From Eledone cirrhosa (taxonomy: Eukaryota), in assembly GCA_964016885.1 (NCBI GenBank), contig OZ024749.1:55738001-55802000 (forward strand): a stretch of DNA of 64,000 nt, in the 5' to 3' direction. Below are positions 56,810 through 64,000 of this stretch, piece after piece (within the stretch, counting starts at the first letter, position 1; each line of letters opens with the position of its first letter). The translations under genes were made by a program, and so were the position numbers. The notes below the pieces were generated by a model, which saw only the letters and a program-made list of their open reading frames with translations, was not told the origin of the DNA and ran no database searches.

Positions 56810-58040
56810 TACCTCTTACCATTACTAACACCACCAACATCACCATCACCATCACTAGCATCACAACTACCATCACTATCACCATCACTGTCTACACCAA
56901 CAGTACCATCACTATCATCACCACCAATAATACCATCATCATCACTACCATAACCAACACTGCCGTCACCATAATCACCACCATCACCATCACTACCATC
57001 ACCATCACTACCATCACCATAATCACCACCATCACCATCACTACCATAATCACCACCATCACTACCATCATCATCATCATCACCACCAACACTACCATCA
57101 CCACCAATAAAAACACAAACAAATCACAATATCCCCTCTAACAACACAGCGCCACCTATACAAACTTTCCCTTATCTACATCACCTGCCTCCGTCTACTC
57201 CACTTCCTCTCCCCTTCTCTTCCTCCTTCTCACCGTTTTCCCCACCATCATCATCACCAAGCTATTGATTTCATCATCGCTACCAAACCTCTCATGATGA
57301 TGAGTGTGATGATGAGTGTGATGATGAGTGTGATGATGAGTGTGATGATGAGTGTGATGATGATGGGGATGACAGCGAGTCATCATCATCATCATCATCA
57401 CAAACTTATCACTTTGACATGAAGAAATCTCGCCGCACGAATACGTGCGGCCACACAAGAAATTATCAACCATTAACAGCTCCCACCCCACCACCTCTAT
57501 CACCACAAGGATCCCTCCCACCACCACCACCACAACCACTGTCAACACCACCACCACTACCACCACCACCATTACCACCACCGTCACCACAAGGACCCCT
57601 CACAACCACTGTCAACACCACCACTACCACCACCACCGTTACCACCACCATCACCACAAGGACCCCTCACCACCACTGTCAACACCACCAGCAACACAAC
57701 CACAACTACCACCACTACCACCACCATTACCGCCACCATCACCACAAGGACCCCTCACCACCACTGTCAACACCACTAGCAACGCAACCACCACCACCAC
57801 CACCACTACCTCCACCACCACTATTACCACCGCCATCAACACAACCACCACTACCACTACCACCACCACCACTACCTCCAACACCACCATTACCACCGCC
57901 ATCAACACAACCACCACTACCACTACCACCACCACCACTACCTCCACCACCACCATTACCACCACCATCAACACCACCACCACTATCTATCATCACCTTT
58001 CTTCATGTTAGCAATGTCAACATCAACCAAGCACCACCAT
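56810..58040. repeat. (CAC/CAT/CTA)n compound microsatellites with a repeated cacaaggacccctc..ccactgtcaacacc anchor
   Basis: Anchor occurs 4 times between 57500 and 57775. Confidence 0.9.
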
Positions 58041-58613
58041 TACCAGAATCTGCCGACAAATCCCTTTAAAGCCAAGTTTAAACGCATTGTATTATAATGT
58101 AGCCTAAAAACACGTAACAGATCGTGTGGTGGAGGCTGGAAAGTCTTTGATTATATGCCTAATCCGTCTCTCTTTCACCTTCTCTTTCTCTCAACTCTCT
58201 CTCTCCTCTCTCTCACCTCTCTCTGTCAGTCTCTCTCTCTCACCTTTCTCTCTCTCTGTCAGTCTCTCTCTCTCACCTTTCTCTCTCTCTGTCAGTCTCT
58301 CTCTCTCTCTCTCTTTCTCTCTCACACCTCTCCGAGTCAGCCTGTCTCTCTCTCTCTCTGACCTTCTCTCTCTGTCTCTCTCTCTCTCTCTCTCCTCTCT
58401 CTACACACACTAAAAGGAAAAGCAAGCTTGTTATTCAATTTCCACCTTTAAATTATTTGGACTACACCTTTGACTCGGATTCCTGCATGCTGTCCACTTT
58501 AATAACACACTGAGCTTGACGGACCTTGAGAAAATAATAGTGGATTATTCCTATCTCCCTCTCTCTCTATTAAGGGTGCTGGTTTAGCAGGACCATTAGA
58601 GCGTAGAATATAC

Positions 58614-58826
58614 TGTTTCTTATATAGGCACAAGGCCTGCAATTTGGGGGGAGGGGAAAGTCGATTAAATCGACCCCAGTGCGTGACTGCTACTTTATTT
58701 CATCGACCCCGTAAGGATGAAAGGCAAAGTTAACCTCGGCGGGATTTGAACTCAGATCATAAAGGGCGGCAACTCTATGCTGCAAAGCATTGCGTCCGAC
58801 CCTCTACTGATACTGCCAATCCACGG
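58614..58826 (-). mobile_element. SINE family A, full length
   Basis: Reverse-complement counterpart of the 10405 copy. Confidence 0.85.
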
Positions 58827-60285
58827 CCCTTAGAGCATAGAATATAATGCACAGCCTCATTCTTTGCGACACTTCCTATTCTAATCCCACCGTGATCAAA
58901 TCTACCTTTCATTCTTTCGAGATCGATATAAGATAAACTATAAGCAACACAATGGGTCAATTTAATTGACTTTTCTTTCACTTGAGATGCTGTAGAGATT
59001 TACATCGTTCTCGGCCATCCAGACCCCAGCCGTGCTCACTGACATCAGAACAGAGTTGGCTACCTGCAAATACAAGTGAGCTCCTCGAGTTGAAATGACT
59101 GTTCCATAACGTAACCATTGCTATCCTCCGGGGAGCAATGTCTTCTCCCGTCTCCATCATGTCGGTCGGGACCACGATGTGGACTGATCCTTAAGTTTCA
59201 TTTATGTTGGAATCGTGTGTAGAATCATATGTTGGAATCATTACGTAACATGTTTATGTTCAAGAAAATACCTTCATTCTGAAAACACTAAATTATCAGA
59301 AATAGAAATGTATTCACCGTACCATCTTTTTCATATTTCTGTTTCAACATACGTTACAGCTTTATATTCTTCTTGGCTTTCACTTCCTTTTCTCCCATTA
59401 TTTCACAAACGTCCATTCTGACAAATATAATTTCCATTTTTCCTTTCAAGAGACATCATTTTCAATAAGTTTCATAGCATTTTTGCATCTCAATATCAAA
59501 TTCACAAATTCGTGTCACACTTTCTGTCAAGCGATTCATTAATTTTTAAATTATTTCCTATTACCCCTTTTCCAACAATTATATATGTACATATGTATAT
59601 ATATGTACATATGTATATATATATCATATGTATATATATATCATATGTATATATATATCATATGTATATATATATCATATATATATATATATATATCATA
59701 TATATATATATCATATATATATATATATGATATATATATATATCATATATATATATATATATATCATATATATATATATATATATATCATATATATATAT
59801 ATATATATATCATATATATATATATATATATCATATATATATATATACACACACACATTTATATATATATATATATATATATATACATTTATATATGTGT
59901 TAAGAATAAGTATTTCTGTGTGTGTGTATATATATATATATAATGTACGCGCTCTATGGAGCATGGTTGAAACGAAAACCTCTTTAACTACAATCCACTG
60001 TTTATGTGTCTAACTTTGCTATAACATTTCTTCACACTTTCTATTGAACTACCACATACATACATACATACATACATACATACATACATACATACATACA
60101 CTTTCTCTGTCGTTGTATCTTTCTCACACTCTCTCCTTTCATTAAATTTGTTTTCTGTTTTAGTCTATTTATTTATTTACATCCCCTAACATTGTAAGCA
60201 ATACATTTCACGCTACATATCACCAATCAGTTTAAATATATGAATAATAAATACTGAAAACTTGCATGACGTGAAATAAAACTGC

Positions 60286-60321
<36 letters not shown>

Positions 60322-60401
60322 TAGACAGACAGACAGACAGACATACACGCGCGTGCCTACTTTTAACTATAGAGACTGCTATATATTTCTTTTCCACACA
60401 A

Positions 60402-60470
<69 letters not shown>

Positions 60471-61009
60471 AATTTTAGTTTTTCTTCTTCGTCGTTTCTT
60501 TATTGCTGTTTAATCCTAACGATGACAATTATCTCGACATTTAAACTGTTAGATTTTACATATCTATTTATTTAAAACATTTTTTCCTTTAATTGTTATT
60601 TATTTACTTTATATTTCTGATATTTCCTTAAAGCTCTGAATCAAATCGAATATATTTTAAAACCTTAGAAATGTGAAGGTACATATAAATGAAAAGGAAA
60701 ATATTTGTTTTTGTTAATTGCTAAGTCAGAAGAAGAAGATCACCATTCGCGATCCAATTCAGGATGGGTAGGAAGAAAACAGAAAGTTCTCCTTACCCTT
60801 ACTCCGGAAAGTAAACTCTACTAAAGACATTTCATAGATAGGATGATGAATTATATCCCCACTGAAGAACATGAGCTTTCCTTTCATGGCGTCGACGTAT
60901 TTTTGGTTTACCAGATTTTATACACAAGGCATTGGTCGACGTTTGCTGGGTAGAAAACTCTTGTTTATGGTTTCAAACTATTTTACTACAAAAGATTGCT
61001 TTCATCGGG

Positions 61010-61307
61010 ATTACAATCACAAGGTTGTGAGTTCGATCCTCGGACCGTGCTTTGCGTTGTGTTCTTGAGCAAGACACTTTATTTCACATTGCTCCATCTG
61101 TAGAAATGTGTTGTGATGCCACTATTACCAAGCTATGTCGGCATTTGCCTTTCCCTTGGACAACATCGGTGGCGTGAAGAGAGGGTGACTGGTATGTATT
61201 GGCGACTGCTGGTCTTCCACAAACAACCATTCCTAGACTTGTGCCTCGGAGAACTTTCTAGGTGTAAATCCCATGGCCCTTCGTGACTGAAGGGGTCTTT
61301 ACCTTTA
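61010..61307 (+). mobile_element. SINE family B (5' end eroded)
   Basis: gagttcgatcc B box and ttgagcaagacactttatttcac; body as in 6726. Confidence 0.8.
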
Positions 61308-62543
61308 CTATCATGTGTGTAATTTGATGATGTTACATTAAAAACAATACTTGATTTTCTTAACTGTATGGTTGTTACTAAGTGTTAATATTACTAATTG
61401 ACTGCACTTAGTATGATTTAAATCATGTTCAGTTTGAAATGCATTCGGTTTCCTTTGAGAATAATTCAAATGAAGCATTATTCAAACACTGTTCTTGTCT
61501 AATATAACCCAACCTATGATTGAATCAATTATTATAAGCCATAGACAGATTGGATTATCTTGTCTACAATATATTGCAGTCTTTCGCCTCAGTTTTGCAG
61601 TCTGAACCAACTACGAATATTTTTATTACTTGAGGTTTATGATACACTACATCATTTAATCATACGACTTATTGGCAGAATCGTCAGAGCGTCGGATAAA
61701 ATACCTTATGGGCTTATGTTCTGGCTTTCTCACTCTGAGTTTAAATCAAACCGATGACGACTTTATATTTTATAATTTCGTGTTGATAATACCGGGTCTA
61801 TGCCTCCTCTTGATTTCTTTTACACTTTCGGAGCTGACAAAAAATGATAACAGTCGAGGGCGGTGGTCAACTGATCGTCAGCACATTCATGGTTAAAGGA
61901 AAATAGCAACAAGCTTTATTTATTCTTGAGCCAACGAAAGAATCTCTATATTTTTGGCAGATCTTCCAGAAATAGCCGCCATATTTCTCTGAAATTAAAC
62001 CACGGTCGTCATGGAAATGGTAAGGGCATATTGGATAATGTAGTTCTAGATAAAAGAAAACAAAACTAAAAGAAAGAAACCACAAAACAAAACGATATAC
62101 CTTTGATCATAGGTCTGTTTAATCATCCAGACCTGACCTTAGTAGTGAGGTCAACAACAACAGCAAAAGCAATAACAGAAACATCTATAACAACATCTAC
62201 ATCATCAACGACGACGGCCAGGACAGGAATGGCAGCAACAACAAACAAACAACATATATGTGTGTTTCTCATCGTCTCTATAAGATGTCGTTGGTGGTGG
62301 TCCTGCAAGAGACTGTGTCTGTCATGAACACCTTGTCTTTGGTCCTAAGTAATAAAATAATTGATAGTCCACTGAAAGGAAGCGAATTTTTTCGAGTGGA
62401 AAATTGTGCTTAGATTGCTTATATTTCTTTACGGTGTCTCAAAGAAGAAAAAGAAAAGGTTTTTATTTTGTTTTTCTAACCGATTTCATTCCTTAGCTGC
62501 CGGAGTGTTCTATATATTTTTTCCTTTACTTTTCTTTTTCTTC

Positions 62544-62574
<31 letters not shown>

Positions 62575-62869
62575 TTATCTTTTTATCTTCTTATTATTGG
62601 TTTTGCAGCTTTGCTACTCACATCGAAGAAAATGCGAATCTGTCTAGTAGACCTTGATACATTAAGTCTCCAAAGTCTTAAGTATAATTGACATGCAATT
62701 TTGGGAGCATGAAAACTTCTAGCATGGCCGATTAAGTCCTGCAGAAAAATGCATTCTAGCATCATGTGCAAAATAAAGAAAAACAGGACAAAAGTAATAA
62801 GTTGTATCTTAAAATGTATGAACCGCCAAGAAAGGGTTAAGTTAGAGAAAAATAATAAAGACAGGAATA

Positions 62870-63125
62870 AGTAGTAGTAGTAGTAGTATTGGTAGTGGTC
62901 GTAATGGTAGTAGTAGTGGTGGTGGTGGTGGTGGTAGCAGTGGTAGTTGTAGTAGTAGTAACAGCAGCGGTGGTGGTGGTAGTAGTAGTAATAGTAGTGG
63001 TAGTAGTAGTGGTAGTAGTTGTAGCAGCAGTAGTAGTAGTGGTGGTAGTAGTGGTAGTAGTAGTAACAGTAGTAGTGGTGGTGGTCGTGGTAGTAGTAGT
63101 AATAGTAGTAGTGGTAGTAGTAGTA
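62870..63125. repeat. (GTA/GTG)n microsatellite
   Basis: Direct reading. Confidence 0.95.
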
Positions 63126-64000
63126 AATGAAAAAGCTTTAGTAAGAATAAATATATTTATTTTGGATTTCCATATGTTTCGAGGATGACTGTTCTGGGTG
63201 TTCGACCAATGGAACAACCTACACGTGTTATTAACATGAGGGGAATGTGTAATCCAGAAAAATTCAGCGTACGACATTGTGTGTGGTAAAGCAATCTTCT
63301 TGGATTGGACATAAATACCATTCGACGGGTTTCCACACAACTTCTGTCTGCTGTATTTTATGCAGAAAACTTCGGGTGACCTAACACTTTGAGACACCGC
63401 TGACTGAGCCTTCAGTTCAGAGTCTTCTAATGTAAAGTCTAACTGGCAATGTCGTTAGAACATAAGATAGGATGGTTGATGTTAGACGTTACTACAAACT
63501 GAGCCTTCTAATGAGTCTTCTAATGTAAAGTCTTAATATACCCTAACATTTTGACTACAAACTATTGAAACATTATATCCTTAACATTTACCACAAAAAT
63601 GAAACTAAATAAATACTTATTACCTTCGAAAGCAAAACTGGAATATTTTTAAATAGCTAGATATTTTTTCAGTGTGATACGTGCTTTGGAAATTGTAATA
63701 TATATATACGATATCGTATATACATACTTAAATCTCATTTCTTATGTAAATACACAAGCATCATCAAAGTATGCGGTAAAGGAACAAAACAAAAAAAAAA
63801 ACAAAAAAAACTCCTGCAAAATTGAAATAAAACGAAATACAACAAATCGTTGTGCACTTATTTTAAAATCAGCAGCAAGCATGTGACTAATCCGGAAAAG
63901 GAAATACAGAAATACTTTTACTAATAAATCTAATATTTTGTATACGTCTCATACACAAATTTGGTTCCTTAGGCACGTAGCTTATAATAATGATGATAAT

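Noticed and set aside
57419-58069. Pro-rich or Thr-rich (formin/mucin-like) ORFs
   Set aside because: (CCA)n repeats are open in several frames on both strands; no unique domain.
58978-59200. GC-richer island with a 65-aa ORF
   Set aside because: No recognisable domain or convincing splice pair; could be a transposon fragment.
63404-63533. ~36-bp direct repeat as LTR or target-site duplication
   Set aside because: A short local duplication with no element features between the copies.

Overview
AT-rich, microsatellite-saturated animal DNA. It is most likely octopus or another coleoid cephalopod, inferred from the SINE families and simple-repeat density. There is no confident protein-coding gene: nearly all ORF-track entries are translations of simple repeats, and one possible terminal exon lies at about 54.2-54.4 kb (-). 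The window holds many tRNA-derived SINE copies of three families, decayed R4/Dong, RTE, mariner and possibly Harbinger fragments, several minisatellites and a 200-N gap. The main signal is a set of short elements from several mutually unrelated sequence families, inserted into (TA)n arrays. They form fold-back (inverted-arm plus unique tail) structures with family-fixed ends. Many carry type I hammerhead-ribozyme folds read by eye: one with a canonical CUGAUGA/GAAA/GUC core, the others with variant cores and a shared U10.1-U11.1 closing of stem II. This matches the pseudo-LTR architecture of Penelope-like retroelements. All folds and family calls are manual and need computational or biochemical confirmation.
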